Assembly: GCA_043228905.1 (NCBI GenBank)
Contig: JBHGNT010000003.1
Coordinates: forward strand, 17,298,001 to 17,362,000
Reading direction: 5' to 3'
DNA from: Azolla caroliniana
Lineage: Eukaryota; Plantae; Polypodiophyta
DNA length: 64,000 nt
Made by a program: the position numbers and the translations under genes. Below are positions 50,950-64,000 of the stretch, piece after piece; positions within the stretch are counted from its first letter, which is position 1; each line of letters opens with the position of its first letter. The notes beneath the pieces are model-generated. The model did no database searches, was not told the DNA's origin, and worked only from the letters and a program-made list of their open reading frames with translations.

Positions 50950-51959
50950 AAACACACCCTTGGATGGAGATTAGGGGAATCGTCTCGACAAGAACATGTT
51001 CAAGATACCCAGAGACAAGAGACGGTGAACAAAGTCTCAAAGAAGACGATGAAGCCAATCAAGTTCAAGGTGTGCCGACATGAAAGAGAGCAGGCGAAAC
51101 TGGTGAGACAGGCACACTTGGAAACTAAAGAAGAGGAGGAAGAAGGAGAACTAGCAGAAACCCTCCAACGTCGGCCGAGGAGATGCGAAATTGAGCAGCA
51201 TGGGGAAGGATCGGGTTTGGGGAAGGACAGTATACCGATTCCCCGCTCAACAGTGGTGGAGCCCAAACCAGAGGAAGAGCCAACGGAAAGACCGAAAGAG
51301 GTGAAGATGGTTCAACAAGAAATACATATATCATCAGGCCTTCAAATGCAGCAATAGAAAGAGGAAAGCCGACCGGAACAAGAGGAGTTGGTTACATCGA
51401 GGCTCGTGGAGGAGCAAGAACTGATGCTAGAGCTAGTGCAATAGTTCGTTGTACTCACACAACACGGAACCTGCCAGCAATGGATAGAGTGGCTCAGAAA
51501 GCAAGTTTCCGGTGTGGTTGACCGGATGGAAGAAGAACAACGGCTCGAGCGGAAACAGACAAAATAGTTGTTGGCAACAGTCGAAGAATTGGATAAGGCC
51601 TAGAATTGGATCCGGAGTCTGGAGGAGGAGCTGGCAAGGGCCAACGAGTTCGCGGTGCTCATGTCAAATATGAGCCAAAGCACAAGCTCAGGAACGGAAC
51701 CGGTAGAACCAGATAATCTACAAAAGGAAGCTTCGGAAAAGGAAGTAGAACCGGTGGCTAGCATAGCTCCGAACAAAGAATGTGAGCGAGAGAAAGAACT
51801 GCAAATGTTAAAGGAAGACTTTGTTGCTTAAGAAGCACTAAGAGAGAGAGAGAGAGGGGGGGGGGGGGGGGGGGGGGGGGACAGAGGAAAATAGTCGAGG
51901 AAGAGAAACGGAGAACCGATGAAGGGCTTCAGAAGAGTCAAGCAAACAATGATCGGCTG

Positions 51960-52274
51960 AAGGAAGAGAGAGAGATAGAGAGATGACAAGAGAGAAAGAT
52001 ATAGAGAGAACTATTCATTATTCATTCATTCCCCATAAGGGGTTAAATATTTACAAAAGGATAGATACATAGGGGTGCAAGGATGCTTGTCCATTCACAC
52101 TAATCACTCACTCACACCTCTTCATATATGTCCACATGCACACATGCATGCATGTGTTCACATACATATTGACTCACACTCACAATTACACTTGTACACA
52201 TTTACACATTCACATCAACCCTTTACTCTTTCACCTGTGTTACACTCAACTTCCGTACATCTCATACGGTAACA
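51960..52274 (-). repeat. Inverted partial LTR (TGTTACC family)
   Basis: Reverse complement of the first about 300 bp of the 53275 LTR. Confidence 0.85.
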
Positions 52275-52359
52275 ACATTGTTTGTAGATGTGGACAATGG
52301 CCTGATAGTGACCGCCAGAACAGAGTGCCGAAAAGAGACAGATAGCGAACTGAAATGGC

Positions 52360-52830
52360 CTGACAGACGAAGATAGAGATGGCGACGAGATCGGAGATGG
52401 AGAAGCAGAAACTAGAAACTAACATAGAAAGACAGGAAAAGATGGACACACAAAGAAGAAAGAAGGAGGAGGAGGAGGAGAAGGAGAAGGAGAAGGAGGA
52501 GGAGAAGGAGAAGGAGGAAGAAAACAGAAACAACATAGAAGAAGAAGAAGAAGAAGAAGAAACACAACAATAGAGAAAGGTTGAGAAGAAAGAAGGAGAA
52601 AGAGAAGGAAGAAGAAGACAGGAAGACATGGAAGGCAAAGAAGAAAATGAAACAACAATGATAGAGAGAAAAGCAAGGAAGAAGAAGAAGGAAGAGAAGA
52701 AGCATTGAAGAAATCGTAGGAGACAGAAAGGCGGAAAGAAGACAAAGAAGATGCACACAATGACGAGATAGAAAACATAAGAAGCATAGAAGAAGATAAA
52801 CACAAAAAAGGAGGAAAAAAAAGACTTAAA
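52360..52830. repeat. GA/GAA-rich low-complexity tract
   Basis: (GAG)n/(GAA)n runs. Confidence 0.8.
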
Positions 52831-53274
52831 ACAAAACCTAAAATTATAACGAAATGAAATTGATAAATGAATAGAAAAAGAGGGAAAAAGAGAAAGATAG
52901 GGGCATGTGACCAAATTTAAAAACTTGAGGGTATAACCGAATTTTAAAACCAAAGGGCAACGACAAAATTTCAAAAACTCATTAACCTTAAAGAAATGGA
53001 CGAGATATCCTCACAATAACTCACAATACAAAAGGAAAAACACACATACACATGTCAACGTGATTTTGGACCCATGACGAAGTTCGTGAACTGACAGAAT
53101 GGGAATGTTCGTGTCGAAGAAGATTCATTGACCGACGGAGATGTTTGAGTCGAGTGTTCCGATCGAGGGAGTCGATCGATGAGAAGGCCGATGAAATTTC
53201 CGGTCAAAGAAATATGATGATCAAGGCATGTGGGATCGACGTGCAAGGCATTGTCCCTCGGGCGTGCCATAATG

Positions 53275-53679
53275 TGTTACCGTGCGAGATGTACGGAGAG
53301 TTGAGTGTAATGTGGGTGAAAGAGTAAAGGGTTGATGTGTATGTGTAAATGTGTACATGTGTAATTGTGAGTGTGAGTCAATACGTATGTGAACATATAT
53401 GAAGAGGTGTGAGTGAGTGATTCATGTGAATGGACAAGGGGGCTTGCACCCCTGTGTATCTACCCTTTTGTAACTATTTAACCCCTTATGGGGAATGAAT
53501 GAATAAGGAATAGTTCTCTCTTGTTATCTCTCTTCCTTTGTGGAACTCCCTTGGGAGGGGGGGGAGCCATTCTATGCAGCATCCCCCACCCCGCAATGCT
53601 TATCAACATCTTCACCATCTCCATCCCCATCACTACCATTCATAATCATAATCATCGTCATCAACCCTAACCAACAACA
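53275..53679 (+). repeat. LTR (TGTTACC...CAACA family)
   Basis: TG...CA ends; homologous pieces at 9003-9344, 49937-50156 and 51960-52274. Confidence 0.8.
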
Positions 53680-53683
53680 CCTT

Positions 53684-55185
53684 TGTCAGGATCGTAACCA
53701 GCCACAACCGGTTTCTCGTATGTATATTCGGGTGCAAAGACAGAGATAAAAGTGCATAGACATACAAAAACGAAAAACTCAAAGAGACACAAGTATTTAA
53801 TGTGGAAACCCCGAAAGGGAAAAACCAAGTGGAGTCAAACTCCAAAATAGATCACTATAAGGAAAGAAGTACAACAAGAGGATTCAAGCAAATGACCATG
53901 AGCTCTTCTTCGTCAAGTGATGGCTACAAAGTTACACACTCTTTCACTCACTCTCACTCTCAGTACTAGCTAAAGAGGCAACAAGCTTCTCTAACTATAC
54001 AATAATGATCCAACTACACATCTTAAAGTTTGCCCTAGTTGTATTTATACTTATACAATTTTCTGGCTATTTACAGGTATAGCCCACATGGGACATATTT
54101 AGACTATTTACAAATATACTCTCCCGATTTTGATTTCGGTTTTTGATTTCAGCCTCGGCCGAAATACTCATTGGACTATTTGATTCGGTTCGTTCTTTTC
54201 CCATCCGGAGGGACCTGTTTCCCAACAAACTCCCCCTTCACTCCAGCATGAGGTACTTATCCAATTTGACTCTTTGTCGGCACGCCTCCAGCTTTTCGGC
54301 AGACAACAACTTTGTAAGCATGTCCGACCTGTTCTCCGTTGTATTCACATTCACTAGAGAAAATTCTGTCTCTTCTACTCGCTCACGGAGACAATGGTAT
54401 CTCCTTTGGATGTGCTTGGTCCTCGAGTGGTAGGCAACATTCTTCGCAAGGTGGATGGCACTTTGGTTGTCGCCGTAGAGTCAAAATTCATCTTGCCGAA
54501 TTTGAAACTCTTCGATAAACTCCTTCATCCATATGATTTCCTTGCCGGTTTTTGTTGTGGCCATATACTCAGCTTCTGTGTTCGATAATGCCACAGTCTT
54601 TTGCAGCCTCGTGCCACGAAACAACTCCACATGCATACGTCATTACATATCCGGCTGGTATCTACATCAGCCGACATGTCTGAGTCCATATAGCCTTCTA
54701 ATGTGGGGTTACCTGAGCCGAATCAGAGACACACGCTCAAGGTGCCTCTCAGGTACCGAAGTATCCACTTCACAACAACCCAATGCTCTCTTATGGGATT
54801 GCTCATGTATCGGCTAACCACTCCGGCTGCATAGGCGATGTCTGGCCTGGTGCAAACCATTACATACATCAGGCTTCCGACTACCAAGGCATAAGGGACT
54901 TTTGACATCTCAACCTTCTCGGTTTTCGTCTTTGTACATTGGTTCCTTGACAACTTACAATTTATCAGCAGTGTCGAGCCAACCGGTTTTGCGCTTTCCA
55001 TGTCGAATCTCTGGAGCACTTCTGTCACGTAGTTCTCCTGCGACAACCATAACAATTTCTTTGTTTGATCCCAAACAATTTGCATTCCTAGGATTTGTAT
55101 TTTCCGAACCCATATCTTTCATCGAGAACGACCTACTCAAAGCCCTCTTCAAGCTTTCAATTTTCCTCGGGTCTCGTCCAACAAT
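53684..55185 (-). mobile_element. Tork-like copia 3' part: RT/RNase H remnant, PPT, 3' LTR (54227-53684)
   Basis: YALVVGSLMYVMVCTRPDIAYA; PPT gaagggggag adjacent to TGTTGGG. Confidence 0.85.
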
Positions 55186-55830
55186 CTGTGCGGAATAACG
55201 CTCAGCCACAACCGAGACTCAAACACCTTTTGAAAGAACAAAACAGAAATGGAGGTTCGCTCTCAATCTTCGCCAACAGGCGGTTACAACAGAGGCTGTT
55301 CAAGGTCTCTCTCTCTCTCTCTCTCTTTGTTACGCTCTATACAACAGTTACACCAATAACTCTATACAAAATAAAGACAACACAGTGATACACACACACA
55401 CGAACTCTGTTTGCCCTAGGTCATATTTATACTAATATGACTTTCGGGCTATTTACAAATATAGCCTCAATGGGCTAACAAAAACATATTTACATATATG
55501 TCCCTTCATCCGGTGAGAGGTTCTCACCGGACCTGCGTCATCCGGTTCTCACCGGGTCTTCCTTACCGGGTACTCATCATCCGGTTCTCACCGGGTCTGC
55601 ATCATCGGGCTCTCACTGGGCCTTCATCATCCCATCCAGAGGGACCGAGATCCTAACAAACTCCCCCTTCACTCCGGCATGGGATGTCTGGTTAGTCCAA
55701 TTCGCTTCCAGCATGCGTCCAGCTTGTCGAGCATCAACACCGTGGTCAACATATCTGACCCATTCTCCTTCGTGTGGATCTTCGTCAGCACGAACTCTAG
55801 ATTTTCCACTCGCTCTTGGATCTAGTGGTA
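55186..55830 (-). mobile_element. Copia RNase H end, PPT and truncated 3' LTR (55658-55186)
   Basis: KIHTKENGSDMLT-like frame; PPT gaagggggag; LTR homologous to 50412-50949. Confidence 0.8.
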
Positions 55831-58800
55831 CCTCCTTTCTATCTATCATTAGTTTATCCTTATCTTAAGCTTACTTTAGTACCTAGATCTCTAATATTTG
55901 GTATCAGAGCTATGTACTAATGTTTCTTCGTTTGTCTTTTGTCTTTTGATTGATGGTGATCGATCGATGTGCGGTCGGCCTTGATCCAGACAACGATCAA
56001 CAAAGAACTTCGGTAACTCTTTCCACAATTTTTTTTTTTTCTATTCTGTCTTCTCCCATCTAATCATGTGTTTAGTTTATATGTCATTTTTTTTCATTAA
56101 GTCAATGATGTTGTAGTGGTCTTTAATTGATTATCTAAAATGTTTACATATGTGCACGAGGTCAATACCTCGTTTGACATATAAATAATATGTGATGAGT
56201 GTCGTATGCATACGAGGTTAATACCTTAATTACGTATTACGTTCACGAACATATGTTACGTTTGCGTATGAGTTTAATACCTTGATTTGTTGTAAAGGAT
56301 ATGCGTTTGGTCTCGTATGCGTAAGAGGTCAATACCTCAATTGCGTATTACGATGATCTCTTATTTGTGGATGTTTCGTGTGTGTAGAGGTATATACCTC
56401 GATTACGTATCTCGATCACATCATTTGTGGCTATTTAATATAACGATATGTTTAATATAGGCATATGTGGTCACGTATATACGTATTTGATCGTATATAT
56501 GTGATAAGTAAACATATGTGTATATTCGTTATTACGTGATTATATCAAAAGTTGTCCTTGTCGGGAAAAGGATGTTGGTGGCCATCCTCACATTTTTGTG
56601 AGAATGGTGTTGTCACCATCCCTTTTTTCAACAATTTTTGATTGTTGACAACCCCGTTCATGATCTCGATTTCGTTACGTAAAGAAACGCCTATAGTCAT
56701 AATGATGTTGAGTACGTAGGGCTTGACCTACTTCAAGTGAGGTTGCTCCAATGACACACGTATCCAACATCCCTCCCTCGTTACATGGATACGATGCCAC
56801 CATGAGCTCGTTCTTACGAGAGGCATTCGTAATGACGTGACCATGTGATGGGCCACGTGGGCCTACTACGAAACGAGGGCTCATTTGGCTTGACCATTAG
56901 GTTGCACTTTGGCGTATGCCATCGTAATTACGAGACTTGAGGTTAGGTAACGTACCAACATAGTTTTGGTAAATGAGGGCGAAATAAGGACCCTTGACAT
57001 ATATGTTCTTTTAAAAAAAACATATATGATCAAATGCCTCGCATATCTCTTATACGCATCAAACATTAAGCATTCGAGAAGAGCAACTTACTTGGTTGGC
57101 TCAAGTGTTTAATGTATTTGTTCTCAAGGTCTCGAGTTCAAATATGACCAAGACCATACAACATCCTTGATACATATGACTATAACACATGTTTAGACTT
57201 AAGGTCTAAGTGCACCTCGGGGTCCTCGTAATAGGACTTAAAGAGCCGAAACCACATATGTGGGCACCGAAACATAGTTTATTGTTAACATTTTTTTTCG
57301 TGTATAAACTACTCATGACGCAAACATACATGGTTGAGCCACGGGGAGCCGCCATGAAAAACTCGATATAGAGATCAGGGAAAGACATTAAATTGTCACC
57401 CCCATGGTTTTTAAAACACCTTTGTGTTACCATAGTAACCTGATCTTGAACCTCATCTCATACGTCTAGAGGGGTATTGACGTGAGATCATGATATCGAT
57501 TAATGGTTGTCCATGATTTGTTTACATCACGACATGATGTTATGACTATCTCTCTGACCTTATCCTATTTCTTTTCCAGAAATAATCTTTAATGGCTCAA
57601 ATTAACAACCTGATGTCATCCGCTCAAGCGGAAGGAACTCAAGGGAATCCTCCTGGACAAATGTCCACTAAGATGTATTTGGCACAAATAACCCAATACC
57701 TTAGTTTCACCGCTCAACAGATGACCGAACTTCGGCAATCTCAGAGTGCTCTTGAGGCACGTGTCATTAGTCTAAAACGTGAGACTAATAGACCTGATGA
57801 GCGACAAGGTGAACCATCATTTGTCGTTAAGCCATTTACAGGAGACAAAAAGGAAAGAACCGAAGAAGCAATCTGCACATGGCTGGGATGATGGGAGTCT
57901 CATTTTGAGCTCTATCCCACGCCAGATAGTACGAAGATTGCATATGCCGGCTAAGAACTCGGGGGTAAGGCCGCCGCCTGGTGGCGTGGGCTCCGTACTA
58001 TGGGGAAATTGCCCGATACCTAGACAGATTTTGTCACGGTTTTTAAGGGCCAATTTCTGCAACCTCCCTCTCGAACCGAGGCAACACAAGCTTTAATGAA
58101 CCTCTCTAGGAGGAAATTTTCCTCGCTAGAAGACTATGTTCACCATGCTAGAACCCAAATCCAAAAATCGGGTCTAGAAGGGGACAATTGGTTGATAGCT
58201 TGTTTTGTCAATGGCATCCCCAATTCGGACTATCATTGGATAGTGCACGATAAGGATCCAAAATCCTTCGAAGAGGCCATTGAAATAGTTCTTCGCTATC
58301 AACACACTTCGAAGAAGGACCACAACAAACCCAACGAAGCGCCCGGGACTAAGCAGTCGCAATTCGGTGGGAAACGCAAGACACCCAACGAATTCATGGA
58401 TCGCGATTGTAAGCGACAACATCCTTTTTGCGTATTCTGTAAAAAGAAGGGTCATACAAAAGATCAATGTCGAAAGCTCCAACGGAAAGAGCACAACAAC
58501 AAAGCTAAAGCTGCAGACCATAAAGGTCAGACTCCTAATGTCCTTCAGGTCTAGACACATCATTTAAGTAATTGTCAATGTTCTTCCCCTCACTATGGAT
58601 TGGGTCCCAATGATTTACTACGTGCAAACGGGTATATCAATGGATCTCCCGTACAATTTTTATTTGATTCGGGAAGTTCACACAATTTTGTGAATGATCA
58701 TTTGGTTTAGATATGGGGAATCCAACCCACCGTAAGTGATCACACCTACACGATGCACTTGGCTGATGGAAGAGTACAATACATCAACGGGGCGATTCAT

Positions 58801-61800
58801 TCATTAGGAATTTCTATTGATACTTATATAGAGGAAGTAGACTTCCATTTAATGAATCTTTGTACCACCGATGTAATACTGGGTTATCCCTGGTTTTATA
58901 ATAAAAACTCTTCTTTATCTATTGATTGGGTTCATCATTCAATTACATTTGTACTGAACGATTGTACTCATTTTATTCAATGTGTAAAAAAACAATCCCT
59001 CTCGATTGTTTCCTCATGTCCATCAATATCCGAGTTGTCTTGTTCTACTCTATTTTATTGTGTACTTGATCCGGACATTCACGTTTACAATATCGATAAT
59101 GTCTCGGTTCAATTAACATATTTTGAACAACAACAACTTGATGAAATCTTAAATGATTTTCGTGATGTTTTTCCGTGTGAACTACCAAATGGCTTACCTC
59201 CTAAACGTAATATAGACCATCGTATTGATATTGTACCTAATGTTGCACCAATAAGTATAACTCCTTATCGCTTAAGTCGATCCGAAGAGGATGAGGTATC
59301 TAAGCAACTCAAGGACTATTTACGAATGGGTTATATACGTTATAGTAAATCTCCATGGGGTGCACCAGTTCTCTTGGTTAAAAAGAAAGAGGGCACATGG
59401 CGTATGTGTATTAATTACCGACGCTTGAATAAAGTGACGATCAAGAATTCGTATCCATTGCCCCCAGCTGACGATCTAATTGACCGTCTCCAGGGACCTC
59501 AGTATTTTATGAAACTTGATCTCTGTACTGGCTACCATCAAATACGTATAAGTGAGGACGATGTTCTTAAAAGAACATTTCGTACGCACTATGGCCATTA
59601 TGAGTTTTTGGTTATGCCTTTTGGTTTGACCAATGCTCCGGCTACATTTCAACAAGACATGAATGACATTTTTCGAGAACAACTTGGAAAATTTGTCGTT
59701 ATTTTCTTGGATGATATTTTAGTTTATAGCCGTACATTACAAGAACATGATAAACATGTCCGCTGTCGTGTGAATCTTCACACACTATGTAAAAAAATAA
59801 TGAAATAATTATTATAGATTAGATTAGTAGCTTACTATAGAAAGATGGATATACTCAAGAGCTTCAAAATGTATTTTACTATATACAAAATGGAGAAATA
59901 CATATCAAGTTATGAGAAAATGAAGTTTGATTAGATAGAGAAATTAGAACTATCCCACATAGATAGGAAAGTTAAGGCCCTGGCTATATAAACACCTTGA
60001 GCTCCCTCATTTTTCATTTGTGCTAAGAGCACTTTGGCCACTTTGTCTTGATGGATGATGGTGGCCAAATTCCCTAAAATTGGAAACCGGCTAGTAAGCA
60101 AATCTGGAAAACGGGTCCAATAAGCAAATTTGGAAACGGGCCGGTAAGCAAATCCGGAAATGGGCCGGTATGCAATCCGGAAATCGGCCGGTATGCAAAA
60201 CCGAAACTGGAATGGGTATGCAAACCGGCTGGTAAGCAAAACCGGAAACCGGCAAGCAAACCAGAACCGGCCGGCAAGCAAAATCGGAACCGGAACCGAC
60301 CGGCAAGCAAAATGGAACCGGCTACCGGACGAGGTTGGACACGTACGGACGAAAGATTGGATCATGCAACAAACTAAAGTAAAGGTCAAGTGGACGGTCG
60401 CATGCAACTAAAGAAAAAGCCATGCAACTAAAAATAGATTCAACGAAAAGAAAAGCTATGCAACTAAAAGTGGAGGCATATGATCAACGAGGAACTCCAT
60501 ATATAATTCCATTTTTTTTTCCTATATGGGATATACTCTCCATATTATCTAAATTTTTTTTTCTTTTCTTTGGGAGCTCTCTTATATTATCGAAGCCAAT
60601 AACCCTAATCTTCCCTACGGAAGCTATCTCTCAAGTAAACCATAATTTCCATACGGAAGCAATCTCTCAAAATCCAAAATTCCTCATCAAAGCTATAACA
60701 CTCAAGAATCATAATCTCTTATTTCCTTTAATCTATTATTTTAATCATCTCCATAAGATAAAACTTTTGTAATCCCAATCTTGGGATTGATTGTAATCTT
60801 TCTTTCCCTTTTATTAATGAAATTTGTTAATCTTTCTCATTTCGGTTAATTCTTAGTATATAAATACACGAATTTGATATCCTCTAGACAAAGGCCCCGG
60901 GGTCTTGCCTCAACGTTCACGTATCCTCGTCATATTTTCGCGACACCGCTTTGTTTCACAAACATTGCGTGACAAACAGTTTTATGCGAAGATCTCAAAA
61001 TGTGAGTTCTTCAAGAAATCAATTACTTATCTTGGACATCTCATAACCGAACGAGGAATTGAAATTGATCTTTCTCGCATCGAGAAAATCAACCTTTGGC
61101 CCACTCTTCGGAATATTCGAGAAGTTCGATCATTCCTTGGTTTTGTCGGGTTTTTGCGAAAATCCCTTCGTAATTACTCCCAATTGATGACGCCGTTTAC
61201 TGATCTTTTAAAAGGTCAAACGCGTAAGTCTACAAAACCTATTGCGTGGAATCCTACACTAGACCTCGCCTTTAAGGAACTCAAGGACCTGGTATGCAAG
61301 GCTCCTTCACTTCTTTTACCCGATCCTTCAAAACCTTTTGAAGTTGAAACCGATGCAAGCGATTATGCTATAGGTATTGTCTTATATCAAGATGGTAAAC
61401 CAATAGCATTCCAGAGTAAGAAACTTGATTCTGCTCAATGTCGGTATAACGTTCAAGAAAAGGAATTATTTGCAATTATACATGCGCTCAAAACATGGCG
61501 CCATTATCTTTATGGAAATCGCTTTGTGCTAACTACGGACCACGAGTCCTTGAAATATTTTTGTGACCAACAAGACCTGAAAGGTCGTAAGGCACGATGG
61601 GCTGATCTCATCCATCACTTTGATTTTGCCATACAATATCGTAAAGGTTCCGTGAATACTGTCGTTGATGCACTAAGTCGCATCCGTGAAGTTAACATGC
61701 TTAGCTTCACTGAAATAACATCAAATCTTTATGATCACCTTCGAGGGAAGTATCCTGATGACAGTTATTTTGCAAAATACTGGGCAAGAGTTGAGTCTGG

Positions 61801-62823
61801 AACAGACACCACCACATCCTCGAAGGAATACTTCCACATTGCTAACAGTCTGCTCTACCATAATGGGAAGGTTTGTGTTCCAGATTTACCCGAGGTCAAA
61901 AAGAGGATTCTTTTTTAATGCCATGATGCACCCTCAGCAGGGCACCCTGGAATACACGTACACCCGTTCTCATCTCCACTCAATTTTATTGGCCTAAGAT
62001 TCGCCCTGACATACATAGCTATGTGACTAAATGTCACCAATGTCAGGTTAACAAAGCCGAGCGACTTAAAGCCGTAGGACTTTTACATCCCTTGGACATT
62101 CCCAATAATAAGTGGGAAAGTATATCCATGGATTTTATTGTTAGCCTTCCTCGCACCCAAAAAGGCCATGATGCCATTTGGGTTGTGGTTGATCGACTAA
62201 CTAAAATGGCCAGATTTATTGCTACTAAAACCACGGTAACAACTCTTGAATTGGCTTACCAATTCGTTGACGAGTTATTTCGTTTTTATGGGTTACTGAT
62301 GGATATCGTGAGTGATCGAGATCCAAAATTTACTAGTGACTTCTAGACGCAAGTCTTTAAGAAGTTAGAAACAACGTTGAGCATGAGCTCCACGGATCAT
62401 CCTCAATCCGATAGACAAACAGAATGAGTAAATCAAATTATTGAGGACATGCTTCGAGCATATGTTGGTGCAAAACCAACAAAATGGGAACATTATCTCC
62501 CAATTTTGGAGTTTGCTTATAACAGCTCCAAGCATACTTCGACTGGATATAGTCCTTTTATGTTGATGTATGGTTTTCAGCCACGAGCCCCGATTGATGT
62601 TAGTATACATCATGATGAGTTGCGAAGTACGCAAAACTTTCTTCGGGATATGCAAGATATGTTGCATATTGCACGAGATAATATAAAAACAGCTCAAGAT
62701 AGAGTGCGTTTTTATGCCGACCATCATAGGCAACCTCGTGTATTCAACACTGGATAGAAGGGATTTTTACGTGTACCTCACAATTCTAAGACATTGTCTA
62801 CGGGTAAGTGCGCTAAGTTAGCC
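55831..62823 (+). mobile_element. Decayed Ty3/gypsy (chromovirus-like): LTR remnant, tRNA-iMet PBS (55899-55910), 1.7-kb leader, gag-pro-RT-RH-INT, 3' truncated
   Basis: TGGTATCAGAGC; gag from 57592 with CVFCKKKGHTKDQC; LFDSGSSHNF; [28 protein letters not shown]; ETDASDYA; WESISMDFI, SDRDPKF. Confidence 0.9.
59764..60945 (+). repeat. 1182-bp solo LTR inserted in RT
   Basis: TGTCGTG...CGCGACA with perfect 4-bp TSD ccgc; removal restores HDKHVR|FVSQTLRDKQFYAK; about 22-bp tandem repeats at 60080-60330. Confidence 0.9.
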
Positions 62824-63066
62824 CACACACACACGAACTCTGTTTGCCCTAGGTCATATTTATACTAATATGACTTTCGGGCTATTTACAAATATAGCCT
62901 CAATGGGCTAACAGAAACATATTTACATATATGTCCCTTCATCCGGTGAGAGGTTCTCACTGAGCCTGCGTCATCCGGTTCTCACCGGTTCTTCCTTACC
63001 GGGTACTCATCATCCGGTTCTCACCGGGCCTTCATCATCCCATCCGGAGGGACTGAGATCCTAACA
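62824..63066 (-). repeat. Truncated copia LTR, nearly identical to 55390-55658
   Basis: Direct comparison of the two segments. Confidence 0.88.
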
Positions 63067-64000
63067 GACCCAACTGGCTCTGCGTCTACCATGTTGAACC
63101 TTTGAACCACCTTTGTCACGTACTTCTCCTGTGACAGCCACAACAACTTCTGCGACCGGTCCTAGATGATGTGCATCCCCAAAATTTATCTTGCCAAATC
63201 TTTCATTGAGAAGGTCCTGTTCAGGGCCTTCTTCAACATTAGGATCTTGATTTGGTCTCGTCTGACGATCAACATGTCATCCACGTACAGAAGGAGTATT
63301 TGGAAGTCTCCTCCATCGAAGTTCTTCACAAATACACAGTGATCGGCTTGCGTCTTGTGGTACCCTTGGTCGGTCATGAAGGAGTCGAACTTCTGGTACC
63401 ATTGCTAGGGAACTTGCTTCAATCCATATAAGCTCTTCTTCAGCCGGCACACTAGGTGCTCCTTCCCTTTCTTCTCAAATCCTTGAGGTTGCTGCATGTC
63501 GATCTTTTCTTCGAGGTCGCCATGTAGGAATGCCGTCTTGACGTCTAGTTGCTCTACCTCGAGGTCCATGCTTGCCACTATGCTCAACACCGTCTAGATG
63601 GATGTCATCTTCACTACCGAGGCGAAGATCTCGTCGAAATCCACTCCTTTCTTCTGTTGAAAACCCTTCACCAAGATCCAGGCTTTGTACCTTGATGGAT
63701 TTCCGACATCTCCCGGTTTCAGCTTGTACACCCACTTGTTCCGAAATGCCCTCTTTCATTTCAGCAGCTTTGACAGCTCATATGTATGGTTCTCATGCAG
63801 GGAATCCATCTCATCCTACATGGCACTCAACCACTTGCGGCTATGGGTGTCTTTCTTTGCTTCATCGAAGCTTTCCGGCACCCCTTCATTGGTTAGCAAC
63901 ACATGCTTTGCATCCAGAAATCTCCGGGGGGCTCTTCTCTCTCTTAGAGGATATCTTCGTCCTTGATTTCCAACTACCTGTTCCTCCGTTTGCTCCTCAT
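63067..64000 (-). mobile_element. Tork-like copia RT fragment
   Basis: QLDVKTAFLHGDLEE, CRLKKSLYGLKQ, LLLYVDDMLI. Confidence 0.9.

Noticed and set aside
52246-52974. 242-aa hydrophobic minus-strand ORF
   Set aside because: Antisense reading of a GAA-rich low-complexity tract.
49937-53679. One complete element bounded by the two TGTTACC LTRs
   Set aside because: Flanks aatat and cctt do not match, the PPT is unclear and the interior is rearranged; left as separate parts.

Overview
Eukaryotic plant nuclear DNA. The TE content suggests a seed-free land plant such as a fern (inference only). A central gene island (about 28.3-45.6 kb) holds three intact spliced genes that I assembled by hand: a CHI-fold fatty-acid-binding protein FAP1 (+, 4 exons), a 10-exon plastid-targeted RpiA-family gene (-) whose catalytic Glu position is Ala, and a 4-exon secreted/single-pass Cys-rich protein with a JTB-like pattern (+) whose 6.1-kb last intron holds a decayed LINE. 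Both flanks are nests of mostly decayed Ty1/copia and Ty3/gypsy LTR retrotransposons, solo LTRs and small TIR elements; many have readable target-site duplications (TSDs). Most notable: (i) TGTCG...CGACA-ended gypsy LTRs with 4-bp TSDs, all four readable sites centred on CG; (ii) two CA(T/C)AG-ended elements with 8-bp TSDs; (iii) a 342-bp fold-back element built from two copies of the same LTR end and cleanly integrated with a 5-bp TSD; (iv) a copia family whose Pol reads in frame into a long charged tail; (v) tRNA-like A/B-box modules inside LTRs; (vi) the probable RpiA pseudo-enzyme. Coordinates were read by eye and no database searches were run.
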